Assembly: GCA_964016885.1 (NCBI GenBank)
Contig: OZ024740.1
Span: 244,652,001-244,716,000 of the forward strand
Source of the DNA: Eledone cirrhosa
Taxonomy: Eukaryota
Length of the DNA stretch: 64,000 nt
Direction of reading: 5' to 3'
Shown here: piece after piece, positions 1 to 10,880 of the stretch
How the letters are laid out: each line of letters starts with the position of its first letter
Numbering within the stretch: the stretch's first letter is position 1
Notes under the pieces: model-generated
Database searches by the model: none
The model's input: the letters and a program-made list of their open reading frames with translations, nothing else
What the model was told of the DNA's origin: nothing
Translations under genes and position numbers: made by a program

Positions 1-560
1 AAAGTTTTTAGGCTTTGTTCCCAAATTCGAAGCATCTTGGCTACCCTCGACAACCACATGTAGGTGGGTATTTTCGTCGCGGATGACCTCTGTTTCTTTT
101 TTTCGGTCCATTTGGATTAGGAGCTCCATCCCCGATCCTATCCAGTCTTCTTATTTCATCTTGTTGATGTCCAAGATCGAATGACTTTCCTCAACATGGT
201 CGAGGACAGCTGCCATCAGCCATGGAATGGCTGTTCCGGGTGGAACTTGGGTTACGCGAACTCGGGCAACATTTTCTCCACAGTAGGTTGGCACCATTGT
301 TAATTCTTCATTTCCATGTGATGGAATGGGCCCTAGCTTCTTGTGAGTTTGTGAAGAAAACATCAATTGCCCCATATTTGGTCCTGCGGGCTATGTGTGT
401 TTTACGTGCCCACACGGCACCCATAAGCCTTTCAGACCTGGGACTCGTTCGCACTACGGTACGAAACCATGCACATACGTTTGTTCTTCATGAAATCGGG
501 TGGAGGAGCAAGCCTGACCCTGTGGCCATTCTTCTCCGCCAGTGATTTGGCCTCCTTCAT
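1..560 (-). pseudogene. Probable decayed ORF1-like (RRM-type) region of a non-LTR retrotransposon
   Basis: Minus-strand reading, broken by frameshift/stops, gives DVFFTNSQEAR...LTMVPTYCGENVARVRVTQVPPGTAIPWL...HLHVVVEG, reminiscent of LINE ORF1 proteins. Recognised by recall only; no catalytic motif to anchor it. Confidence 0.35.
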
Positions 561-617
561 TTCGTCCTCGCTGACGTAAACTGTTTCTACGGTTTTGGCC
601 GCCTTCGCGAAAGATGT

Positions 618-998
618 GCAGTTGTTGCTGTTACGGTTGTTGCTACTGCTGCCGTTGTTGCTGCTGCTGTTGTTGTTTCTGTTGTTATTTTCTTGCTGGT
701 GGTGATAGTGTTGGCGTTGTCTTTGTTGTTGTTGCTGCTACTGCTGCTGCTGCAACTGTTGTTATTGGTGGTGGTGATATTGTTGTTGTTGCTTTTTGTG
801 ATCATTTATGATTTCACGTCACTTTTTGTAGTTGTAGTGGTCGCGGTGGTGATATCAATGATGTTGTTGTTGCTCCTTGTGTGTAGTTTGATGTCCTGCA
901 TATCTTGTGTTGGCTACTTACATTAGTTACATTACAGATGTGTGTTGGTGTTGTGTTAAGTGTTGTTGTTGTGGTGGTGATGGTGGGGGTGGTAATGA
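618..998. repeat. Degenerate GTT/GCT/GGT trinucleotide low-complexity tract
   Basis: Runs of gttgttgct/ggtggt; explains the poly-L/poly-C/poly-T/poly-N ORFs in the track. Confidence 0.9.
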
Positions 999-1282
999 TA
1001 TTCCCCCACTTCCGTGTCACGTGCTAATACTTCCTTGCAGTCTTGGTATGACGTGGATGGGGAGCTGCGGCCTTTTTTGTTTCACGAAAAAAATAACCTC
1101 GTGGGTAAAAATACGATACGGGCTTCAAATATTTGGGTCAATAGACCCAAATATTGAGGGATCTACTTCCTTGGGGATAAAGACTGGTGCCTTATGTCCC
1201 CTTTACAATAAAAATTTCAAATAAAATAGTAATTTAAACGAGTGAAAAGGGTTAGACTTACGGGAGTCGGAAACAACACCTG

Positions 1283-2491
1283 ATGAGAGGTATCTTCCAA
1301 GGAGATAGTTTATCCCCTTTATTGTTTGTCCTCACCATATTGCGAAAAGGGTACAAGCTGGGAAGAGGAGAGCTTACAATCAACCACCTCCTCTTCATGG
1401 ACGATCTAAAACTATTTGGGAAAGGTGAGAGGGAGTTGGATATACTTGTTAACACTGTCCGTGTTTTTAGCAATGATATATGTATGGAATTTGGTGTTAA
1501 TAAGTGTGGAGTCTTTGTGATGAAGAGGGGTAAAGTGAACAGAAGCAACAGAATCCAGGCACCAATAGGTGAGATAATAAAGGAAATTAACGCTGAAGAG
1601 GGATACAGGTATTTAGGTCTTCTGGGGGCAGATGACATCAAGAACAATAAAATGAAGAAATTCATAAGATCTGAATACATACTAAAATCACATTTAATTA
1701 GTAAGAATGTCATAAGTGCAGTAAATTTCCGAGCTGTGTTTATTATTGTCAACAGTGTCTACAGTGTGGGAATTCTTAAATGGAACGTTACTGAACAAAA
1801 AGAAATGGTTAGAATGACTAGGAAGCTAATGACTACCTACAACATGTTCCAAAAGGGGAGTGATGTTGATAGACTCTACTTAAAGGGATCTGAAGGCGGA
1901 AGAGGTCTTATCAGCGTAGAGGACTGTGTTCAGATAAAGAAGAACTGTTTACACAAATATGTGTCTGAGAGTAGGGAACCGATTATCAAAGTTGTATTCA
2001 AGGAGAAGACAATAGACCAGGGGATGTCCAAGAAGGAAGTAACAACAAAGAGAAAGAGCAACCTTTATGAAAAATCCTTCATAGCAACTTTTTTAAAGAA
2101 AACGGAATTCAGAGATCCACAGACATGGAGCTGGTTAAAAAGGGGAGACCTTAAAAAGCTACTGAGGAAATACTACTGGTTGCACAGGTGCAAGCCCTCA
2201 GAACTAAGTGGGTGAAACACCATATTGACAAGGAGGAGGCTAGCCCACTCTGTAGGATCTGTGGAGAGAGAGTGGAGACTCTGGTTCACATCGTATCTGA
2301 GTGTAAACACCTAACTCAATTCACTATAAAGGATGGTGGCACGATATAATAGGAAAGGTGATTGTAGATATAGCCTACCCCTTTAACACAAGAGTGCAAA
2401 AAAAGGAGATAAGAAAATTAACCAATACCAGTATTTAAAGTGGGAATTAAAAAGGATTTGGGACTGTCATGAGATCAAGGTCGTCCCGGTT
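1283..2491 (+). pseudogene. 5'-truncated non-LTR retrotransposon (R4/Dong-like, RLE-type): RT C-terminal half, CCHC zinc knuckle, restriction-like endonuclease remnant
   Basis: ORF 1283-2215 has RT motifs GIFQGDSLSPLLF, HLLFMDDLKLF, FGVNKC, YRYLG and GGRGL. After frameshifts: CRICGERVETLVHIVSEC (~2250-2303), WHD, IVDIAYP and LKWELKRIWDCHEIKVVPV. Internal deletions present. Confidence 0.88.
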
Positions 2492-2995
2492 GAAGGATAC
2501 ATCATTAGCTCACAGAAGGACAGAAATACGAACTTAACCCATAATTTCTTTGGGGATGACCTGAAACTCTATGCCAAGAACATAGATGGGATGGAGTAAA
2601 ATCTTGACCTGGTTATAACATTCTCAAAGGATATAGGAATGAAGTTTGGCCAAGATAAATGTTCATATATGACTGTAAAGCGGGGAAAAACTACAACACA
2701 ATCTAGCAACATTTTTATAAATGGCCTAATTGTTTCACCGATATCTGACGAGGTCTAGTACAGATACCTGGGGATAGATGAGAATATATCCTATATTGGT
2801 ATTTGTAATAAGGAACACGTGACCAGGGAATATTACACTCGATTAAGGAAAATATGGCCATCGGAACTTTCTGCGCACTAATAAAACAGTGGCTCACAAT
2901 GTATTTGCTTTGCCTGTCCTAACAACAACATTTGGGATACTCGATTGGACGAGAAACGAAATCCGAGCAATTGATGTTAGAACTCGAAAAACTGT
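2492..2995 (+). pseudogene. Second, distinct R4/Dong-like LINE RT fragment (not in ORF track)
   Basis: Manual translation: LTHNFFGDDLKLYAKNIDGME*NLDLVITFSKDIGMKFGQDKCSYMTVKRGK...YRYLGIDE...AHNVFALPVLTTTFGILDWTRNEIRAIDVRTRK, with stops and frameshifts. Homologous to, but divergent from, the upstream copy. Confidence 0.82.
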
Positions 2996-3019
2996 GTTTA
3001 CGATCCAATGAATGAATTT

Positions 3020-3536
3020 CTTTGATCGCTTAAACTGCTAAAAATAGCTATCGAATTTCCCTAAAATCATGTCTGTAGCAGGAGTTGCCTCCCTTGTTGT
3101 GACGCTCACATCACCAATAGATTAACGCTCTCTAGATAGGAAGTAGAACCCTTTCTGTAACTTCCGTTCCAACCCTATAAAGGGAATAACCTTAAGCTCC
3201 CTATCTCTCATTTGCCCTTTCGGCTCCTGGCCTTCGGCCAGGCGCATTCGCCTGGCAACCAAACGGTAACTAATAACTTTGCTTGATTCTCTCATCTATT
3301 CATTGACATGTCAACTATACTGTTCTATATATCCACAAATTGTTAATTAAATATTATACACACAAACCACGTCTTTTGTTATACTTAAACAATCCAGTAT
3401 TTCGTTATATGTCCTACAGAAATTGAAGGTCAGATTAGATAATACAATTCTGCATATAGGACAGGGTGGTCACAACTGGAACGTCTTTGATCAAAGATAT
3501 GCTAAATCAGAGCTGATTTGGTACCAAACAACAACC
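3020..3536 (+). mobile_element. Degenerate SINE/LINE-tail-like interspersed repeat, split by the solo LTR
   Basis: ctgctaaaaatagc...aaatcatgtc|ctacag...ggtcacaactggaacgtctttgatca...aaacaacaac; related segments at 3620-3690 (+) and 13900-14080 (-). Confidence 0.55.
3074..3409 (+). mobile_element. Probable solo LTR (~336 bp) with 4-bp target-site duplication
   Basis: Starts TGTAGCA and ends CGTTATA (plausibly a mutated ...CA end). Flanked by TGTC at 3070-3073 and 3410-3413. Internal TATAAAAGGG (~3176) and ATTAAA (~3346). The flanks rejoin into one repeat resembling copies at ~3620 and ~13900. Confidence 0.6.
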
Positions 3537-3614
3537 GAAATATTGTTATGGTAATCAACAATATTGCTATAGTTACCATTAGCCTTTAACCTTTGTTACT
3601 ATGAACCAACGATA

Positions 3615-3695
3615 AAGCTTTGTGTGGTCATTTGACCTACTAGAAACAACAGCCAAATCGTCTTCAAACCATGCCTTATATTTTAGAAAACAAAG
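3615..3695 (+). mobile_element. Fragment of the same interspersed repeat family
   Basis: ggtcatttgacctactagaaacaacagccaaatc resembles 3025-3070. Confidence 0.45.
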
Positions 3696-4194
3696 ATTAC
3701 AACGGATCATGTAGGGGTGTCTCTAATCTCTACTTGGTAGTATGATATTGGTCTCCGACCTGCTGGCTATGAGAAAATATGGAGGAATGGTGTACCAGAA
3801 TGACAGCAATTCAATAACGATAAACGTAGCAACACCATCATTGTCATAGTAACAGGTCACCTGCAGACCCGTGCAAAGCTGGTAATAATTCAGGTCAGAT
3901 GGGGAATGTAGCCTCTTTCCTCTACTGGAGAGTAGCAACCTCGTGGCAGAATTCAAGGACTAGCCTTTTCACGCATTTTCGAGTTGCTCATTTTAATAAA
4001 TGCTAAATACATCTGGTTTTTAATGGATTACAGGTATGTATGTATAGACGCGTAACTCCTGCTGGAGTCATCGTGGTACAATAGTAACATACAGCGTTTC
4101 TTGGGTATTTAAAACCTTTTGGAGCCTATTCTTCTAAACACAGCCGATTTCTTCCAGTGAAGGTGTGAAAGTGATTGTGAGGAAGTGAGAAAGA

Positions 4195-4312
4195 GGAAGA
4201 ATTGACCACAGTACAGGACTGGTATTTTTTTAAATCGCTCTCGAAAGCAAAAGTTGACCTCTACACAGCAGAGCATTCTACCTGACGTTCCAACGATTCT
4301 GTCAAATTGCCA
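4195..4312 (-). mobile_element. Degenerate tRNA-derived SINE (family of 8292/8925/10680)
   Basis: actggtatttttt...aaaagttgacctc...ttccaacgattctgtcaaattgcc is a decayed match to the copy at 8925-9090 and the reverse complement of the head at 10680. Confidence 0.5.
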
Positions 4313-5043
4313 GAGTTATAGGTATATACATCTATATTGTTGTGTACACATTGTACTTACCCGTAAAGAAAGTAGGATAAAAGAATCACATCAGGAAGTG
4401 AGTAGTCGCCCTCAGAATCGTAGATTCATGTCAACTGGCCCACCTGGCCCATTGCCTCATCTGCTCTTATCTCTACTCTGATCTGGTCTGGTCACAGGGA
4501 ATATACAACATGGATTTGTCTCCTCCGGTAAATACATTGTAAAGTTAACGTGTTCGATCGCACGACAAGGGATTTTAACAGAGACATGTACACTAATAGT
4601 GGATTATGTAACGATAGAGAGGGTAGTGCTGTTTTCAGTGATTATGATGCTGATGTTGGTGGTTATAATGGTAGCTGTGTTTACATTGGAGAAGATGAAG
4701 CTGGGTGAAGTAAAGATGACGGAGATGATGTCAATGAAAGTGGTGGAAGTGGGGGAGATTTATATGAGACTAATTTCAGAAAATTCGAACCAGCCAATAG
4801 AAAGTGACTGTCAATATCAGTCTATGGAATGATGTGAAGAAAAAAAATATGATGTGAAGAAAAAAGTAAATCTAATCCTGGTTTTAGTTTAGGTTTAAGT
4901 ATTGGTAAGATTAACTAGAAAGTTCTATAGTGTTTTAGAAGAGAGATTTGGGGCTAAACTTCAGCCGCAAATTGTCAATCGCATGTGTCAATCGCAGCTA
5001 AACCTGTTTTCTTTTTCTTATATGTATATATATATATATAAAA

Positions 5044-5139
5044 GGCTTCTACAGGACTAGAACTGTTTCATTTGGAGGAAATCATCAGGCTTTCCTAATG
5101 ATTTCCTCCAAAGGAAATAGTTCTAGTCCTGTAGAAGCC
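5044..5139. repeat. 46-bp-arm palindrome in (TA)n context; probable Penelope-like pLTR remnant
   Basis: Arms 5044-5089 and 5094-5139 are reverse complements with 3 mismatches; loop CTTT. Minus strand of the left arm reads CTGATGA-tttcctccaaat-GAAAC. (TA)n at ~5019-5041 and ~5223-5240. Confidence 0.75.
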
Positions 5140-5946
5140 ATTTCTATATTAAATATTTATACTCTGCTATGTATTGAGTACCTTACTTACTGTGGTTACC
5201 CCCGATTGAACCCGAGATAAACATATATATATATATACATATGCGTGTGTGTGTGTGTGAGGAACTTCGGAACCACGTGTTCCAGGTTCGATTCCAATAC
5301 CCGACACTTTCGTCTAATATCGTTTACTATAGAAGACCAGTCTGATCAATGTATCGCAAGAAGGAAAATGTACGGTATCGGTCGTATAGGAAAAGTGTAG
5401 GGCTATGAAATTAATGTTATTTACATTGCGATCTAAGAAAAGTATATTTGCTGTGTAGTAATAATTGTTAAAGGGTATGTAATTTTTACATTAAAGCTGT
5501 AGAAATTTAGCTTCATTGTGTTGAAGTAGTAATTAAAGGGAGTACTGCTGCTGATATTTGGCCGATATTTGACCTATTTGGGGAAATTTAGCATATTGTT
5601 TTGTAGTAATAAATCTAATCTACACACAAATATATATATTTCTTTCAGACAACGATATTTTTTAACTGTATTCATAACTGGAATCTTTTATTGTGGTATT
5701 TTATTAAGTGATTTGTATATTATCTGTTCTAATTATTACCTTGAGTAACTTATATCAGTATTTAAACTCTGATGACATCCACGGTATACTTACTATTGAA
5801 TTGTTAAATGAAATAATTCGCTATATGTAGCGAAACCCGAGTAAAAGTAATTGTCAGTAAACTCGTCATACAAACTTGTTTGTTTTGTAGCTTAACGGCT
5901 GTAAATTAATGTTTTGTCTCTCGTCTCTTACTTTGGTGAGCGTTTG

Positions 5947-6013
5947 TCTTCTTCTTCTTCTTCTTCTTCTTCTTCTTCTTCTTCTTCTTCTTCTTCTTCT
6001 TCTTCTTCTTCTT
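5947..6013. repeat. (CTT)n microsatellite = (GAA)n 3' tail of the RTE element
   Basis: Perfect ctt run directly abutting the element's 3' end on the minus strand. Confidence 0.92.
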
Positions 6014-7900
6014 GAGAGGGCCGTGGGGACAGAGGACTCAAACGGGAGGTGCTTGAAGTAACCTTTTCCAACTGATCCGGATGGATCCCCAAGCGAGACC
6101 AGCCAAGTCCATGGTTGTTATCCAGCTATTTTGCTCGTGGTCTATCCCTGGGTCTCCTATCGGTTGGTTTTGTCCGTAAAATCTGTCCAGCTATTCTTCC
6201 CTGGGACATTTTAACCACATGTCCATAGTATCGGAGCAGTGATCTCTCAATTCGGAGAAGTAGTGGCTCTACCTGGAGTGTTTCTCTGATCTCCGAGCTA
6301 CGCATTTTATCAAGTAACGTTACTCCAAAGACCCTTTGAAGGAACCCCATTTCGGATGCTTGTATTAGGGATTGTACTCTTTTGGTCATTACCCAAGATT
6401 CATGACCATAGGTAAGGGTTGGCACGAATACCGAATTGAAAATAGTGAGTTTGAATTTTACACCTACCTCCCTTCTAATTACCCAATGCTGAAGCTGGTG
6501 TATTACTGCACCAGGTCCTGCAATTCTTGCACTTAATTCAGCCTCCTACCTTCCATCAGACGTGAACACAGCCCCAAGATACTTGAACTTCTCCACCTAC
6601 TTCAGTGGAACTCCATTCACATGTAGCGTGCACTGTACAGGTATCCTTAAAGGGACGAGCGTCTCTGTTTTCGCAACACTGATTTTCATTCCAACAATGC
6701 AGCACTCGACACCAAACCAATCGAGTGCAAGTCGGAAATCACTTTCTGTCGAGTTAAGTAACACCACGTCGTCTGCAAATTCCAGTCGACAGCAGTTGTA
6801 ATACTTCCAACCCGGCTGCGCATGTCATTCCTGTTCCTTTGCGACGTCCGACTCCCACATTGAATGGTTTCGACTTAACACCATTTATCCGATCACAAAT
6901 ACTCGGGCATTCATATAGGGACATAAGGGCAACAAGAAGCTAACCATCAATCCCAAGCTCGTGCAGAACCTTCCACAGCAAGTCCCGAGGAACCCAGTCA
7001 TATGTCTTTTCGAGGTCGACAAAACAAGAATATACCTCTTGGCAACACTCCCCGATTTCTCGAAAACCTGCCGCAGTATGAATATTTGGTCGGCTGTGCT
7101 GTGCCAGGGGCGAAAACCACACTGTTCATCAACTAGCTTGAAATAGGCAATTCCCCTGCATCTCTTTGCCAGACTCTTAGCATAGACTTTACTTCTGTAA
7201 TTTGAACAATCTCTATTGTCTCCCTTTTTGAAAATTGGGATTATCACTCCTGATTGCCATTGCTAGATACCTTTCCAGAGACCCAGGCCACCTGGCACAT
7301 ACGAATCAGGCAGAGAATACCTTCTCTATTTAAGGCTTTTAACATCTTGGGCTTGATTTCATCCTCCTTAGCGGCCTTGCCATATTTGAGCTCTTTAGCT
7401 GCTCTTGTGAGCTCAGCCTCTAAAAGATTAGTCGCCGCTTCCAGATAGATGCACCTCATGTACATCAGAAAGTGATGTGATCGTTGTGGTGTTGTAATCG
7501 GGTTTATGAGATGAGCAAAGTATTTTCTCTACCTCGTGAGGATGCACCTCTCTAAAGAGAGGAGAACCACAGGCGCGTGCTTGATAGCAGGTGCAGAGGA
7601 GGGCTTCTTATTACGAAGAAGGCGGATGGTGTGCAAGAACACTTTGTTTACTGATCTGAAGTCGGATTCCAGCTTACCCCCAAAGTCCTCCTATATCTTA
7701 ACTTTAGACGCTTTTACTGTTTCTGCTGCGATTCTTCTTGCCTGCTTGTACCGCAAGTACAAGGAGGACTTATTTCCAAGCCAAGCTTTCTAAGCCTTCT
7801 TCTTTGCTCGGATGGCATCTTTGACCTCCTGATTGAACCCCAAAGTCCTCCTGCCATACGGCGCCACACTAAGTCTCTTTTGCCTGCAGCATATTGCAGT
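6014..7900 (-). pseudogene. Degenerate RTE-clade LINE (RT and C-terminal region), multiple frameshifts and deletions
   Basis: Minus-strand pieces: LKYGKAAKEDEIKPKMLK, IIPIFKKGDNRDCSNYR, EQCGFRP, FVDLEKTYDWV, FADDVVLL (~6757-6780), KFKYLG, PTLTYGHESW, LRYYGHVVKM, RPRDRPR, typical of RTE ORFs. 7920-8140 may be its 5' region after an internal deletion. Confidence 0.9.
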
Positions 7901-8162
7901 TTCAGTGGTCTTATTCGTGCCTGTCACCAATCTGGTACGTTGTCAAACCAGCAAAGACTAGGCTTTTTTAGAGGCGGCCTTTACTAGCCTCATCGTAGCT
8001 ACGCCACTAGGCTGTGAAAGTTTACTTGGGAACCGCAGGTCTCAGCCATTTCTCCTTCTCCCCTAGTAGTTTACAACTGTTGGTCCGGGGTTTTATGTTC
8101 GTCCGGCAGTTGCCCACTTATATCGCAGAATGAGTCGCCAAATAATTTTTGAACAAGTTGAA

Positions 8163-8270
8163 AACATATATACACATGTACAAGCACACATATACACACT
8201 TATACACACATATACACACATACACATATACACATATACACATGTACACATATATATCCCAGATATATAT
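8163..8270. repeat. Mixed (CA)/(TA) microsatellite
   Basis: acacatatacacac runs. Confidence 0.85.
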
Positions 8271-8291
8271 AGTGAGTGAGTGAGAAAGACG

Positions 8292-8402
8292 AAATCCCGC
8301 CGAGGTTAACTTTGCCTTTCATCCTTACGGGGTCGATAAAATAAAGTACCAGTAATGTACTGAGTAATTGATGGCCTTGTGCCAAAAGTAGAAACAATTA
8401 TT
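8292..8402 (+). mobile_element. 5'-truncated tRNA-derived SINE
   Basis: aaatcccgccgaggttaactttgcctttcatcc...ggggtcgataaaataaagtaccagt...ggccttgtgccaaaagtagaaac; near-identical inverted copy at 8925-9036, related copy at 10680. Confidence 0.85.
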
Positions 8403-8705
8403 GAAATTCTCTGGATGTGTATATTTCACAAGGTACTTTATATATATATATATATATTTACGGGTAAGCTTTCAACCATTTATATTTTTATATATTTTTA
8501 TATCTGTATATCTGTTTGACCCGAAATAGGAGATCGAATCTTCGCTGTGTGGATGATTAGTTTAACCACCATCTCAGTGTGTTTGGCCTTTAACGTAAGT
8601 TGTAAGCTCTAATTCATATGAATTATCGAGCGCTTGCCACACAACTCGAAAGTGATTTTCGTTAATTCATGGGCTGAAATTCGATTCTCGCTAATTTTTA
8701 CTTGT

Positions 8706-8887
<182 letters not shown>

Positions 8888-8924
8888 GAGAAGATAAGAA
8901 CAGTCACTTGCATACTCTACTCTA

Positions 8925-9092
8925 AATAATTGTTTCTACTTTTGGCACAAGGCCAGCAATTTTCCCAGTGTATTACTGGTACTTTATTTTATCGACCCCA
9001 TAAGGATGAAAGGCAAAGTTAACCTCGGCGGGATTTGAACGCAGACAATAAAGGGCCGTAACTCTTTGCTTGCAAAGCATGGCGTCTGACCC
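8925..9092 (-). mobile_element. tRNA-derived SINE, inverted relative to 8292-8402
   Basis: Reverse complement matches 8292-8402 almost perfectly and extends into a head with B-box-like GTTCAAATCC. Confidence 0.85.
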
Positions 9093-9467
9093 TAACAGTA
9101 TACTATATATTCACAATTATTTAAAAATTCAATTACAACATTTTGTATTAACATTTAGCATTACTGTATACTGACAGTCATATGTACAGTATATATACAC
9201 TATAATTAGTAAAAAAAATATACATTTTTTCCCGCAAAAACTTGATTGCACTGTTTTGTTTTCACTTGTGTATTTTTTGAAAATGTTATTTATTCATTAT
9301 AAAAATTAAAGGATAGCATTGTATATGTGGGTGGGCCCCCTTTATCTCCTGGCGACCAATATTTCTAGACCCAGTCCGCCACTGCATATAAGTATATGAA
9401 ACATAAATATATATTCAATTTCAAAGCAAATTACGGCCAAATTATATCATGTTAGTGTAAGAACAGT

Positions 9468-9755
9468 GAAGGCACCTGACTTAGTGTAGGGTGCTCGGCT
9501 CACGATCGTAAGGTTGTGGGTTTGATTCCCGATGACATTTTCTATCTTTAAGAAAGACACTATTTCTCATTGCTGCAATCCATTCTGCTTGGATAAAATA
9601 ACTGTACCTGTAATTCAAAAGGACAGCCTTGTCACATTGTATTCTCACTGAAAACTACATTACATGAATCTGTAGAATGTTCAGCCACTTGCAGTTAATT
9701 TCACGAGTTGTTCGAACAACTGGAACATTCATTGTCGGAACCGACAGAGGTCCAA
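9468..9755 (+). mobile_element. Near full-length degenerate tRNA-derived SINE (second family)
   Basis: tRNA-like head gaaggcacctgacttagtg...gtgggtttgattccc; body tacctgtaattcaaaagg...ccttgtcaca...cagccacttgcagttaatttcacgag...aaccgacagagg. Confidence 0.7.
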
Positions 9756-9926
9756 TAAATACTGTGAAAACAGAATTATTTATTCTAAAGAAAATCAGTT
9801 TCAGTCAATAAATTTCTAACGAGTTTATTTATAGATACAAATTCTCACCTCGAAAACATAGGTGTATATTAAACTGGAATAAGAAAGTGAACATCAGGAT
9901 GTGTGTGCGCGCACGCGTGTATACTG

Positions 9927-10235
9927 GGTTTCCGTCGGTTTTAATGACAAAGGATCCAATTGTTTGATCATTGGATCAACGTATCCGTGGAATTAACGCA
10001 CACTCCATAAACACGTGTACACTTATATTAGATTTAACAGCTCATAAAATATTCGTTCATCCCCCGTCTCCACTATAACCCACTACTACATAATCTATAC
10101 TACAACCTACCACTGTAACCACTACTACACAATGTTACTCTATAAATACAAAATCTGTACTATAACCTCCATTGACCATACCATAGACACGTGTACCGTT
10201 AAAGTAATTCATAGTGAGGTTCAGTGTAACATATT
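9927..10235 (-). mobile_element. 3' part of the same SINE family in reverse orientation, interrupted by a ~160-bp insert
   Basis: ccgtcggtt...cgtggaattaac is the reverse complement of the 9690-9750 region; interrupted between direct repeats at 10005-10020 and 10181-10196. Confidence 0.6.
10068..10170 (-). repeat. Orphan inverted degenerate copies (2-4) of the 26-bp satellite monomer
   Basis: cactataacc(c)actactacataatcta (10071) and cactgtaaccactactacacaat (10111) match the monomer reverse complement tacactataaccactactacacagtc. Confidence 0.75.
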
Positions 10236-10304
10236 GTCTTATATGATTAATATTAAATATAGATCTTTTTTTAAATCAAGGAGAGGAAGAATAAATTAAT
10301 TAGT

Positions 10305-10560
10305 CTAAAGTCTTCAGGCTTCTTAGGCCGGTGCTTATCCCGGTTTCCTTGAGAGTACAAGCCTTCCCTTGAACAGGATGCCAGTCCATCTCAGTCTCAA
10401 ACCCCAATTATTGCTGGTATACATTTTCAGCTGAGTATACTGAAGCAACTGGAAATGAAGTTTCTTACTCAAGAACACAACACACAATCCGGCCCAGGGA
10501 TCGAACACACGGCATAATAAACGCAAGTCCAACATCCTAATCACTAAGCCACACGCCTTA
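10305..10560 (-). mobile_element. tRNA-derived SINE with V-domain-like central region
   Basis: Minus strand: aaggcgtgtggcttagtgattagg (A box-like)...gttcgatccc (B box)...gtgttcttgagtaag...gatggactggcatcctgttcaaggg...gaaaccgggataagcaccggc. Domain assignment is from recall. Confidence 0.78.
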
Positions 10561-10678
10561 TCTCAATTAATGAGAATAGTAGTTGAATTAGGAGGAAGTG
10601 TTGAGTACCAGGAAAATAGGATATATTTGTTAGAGATTGGTGTAAAATTGAACAATAAACAGAATGTGTACTGATGAA
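10513..10678. repeat. Left arm of ~165-bp inverted duplication (partner 13534-13699)
   Basis: Hand alignment: ~9 mismatches and no indels over ~114 bp of non-SINE sequence, continuing ~48 bp into a shared SINE head. Confidence 0.9.
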
Positions 10679-10679
10679 A

Positions 10680-10880
10680 AAGGCGGTGAATTGGCTGAGT
10701 CCTTAGAACGTCGGATAGAATGCTTTGCTGTAATCGTTTCAGTATTCGTTTCGGCTCTCTGCTCTCTGAGTTCAAATCCCGCCGAGGTCGATAAAAAAAG
10801 TACCAGTCAAGTACTGGGGTCGATTCTTCCTCTATATCTTTTTCTCACTTCCCTCACTCTCTATCCTTGTCTGGAAGAAA
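10680..10880 (+). mobile_element. tRNA-derived SINE (family of 8292/8925), internally deleted
   Basis: aaggcggtgaattggc...gagttcaaatcccgccgaggtcgataaaaaaagtaccagtcaagtactggggtcgat. Confidence 0.8.

Noticed and set aside
587-1224. Cys-rich, Leu-rich or Thr-rich small ORFs
   Set aside because: Translations of trinucleotide low-complexity sequence, open in several frames on both strands.
1258-1752. 164-aa minus-strand ORF
   Set aside because: Antisense shadow of the RT ORF.
3723-4832. Possible host exons or small ORFs
   Set aside because: No recognisable domain; 4599-4832 is GAT/GGT-rich low complexity and 4254-4481 overlaps SINE remnants.
6562-7793. Plus-strand ORFs of 61-85 aa
   Set aside because: Antisense to the RTE remnant.
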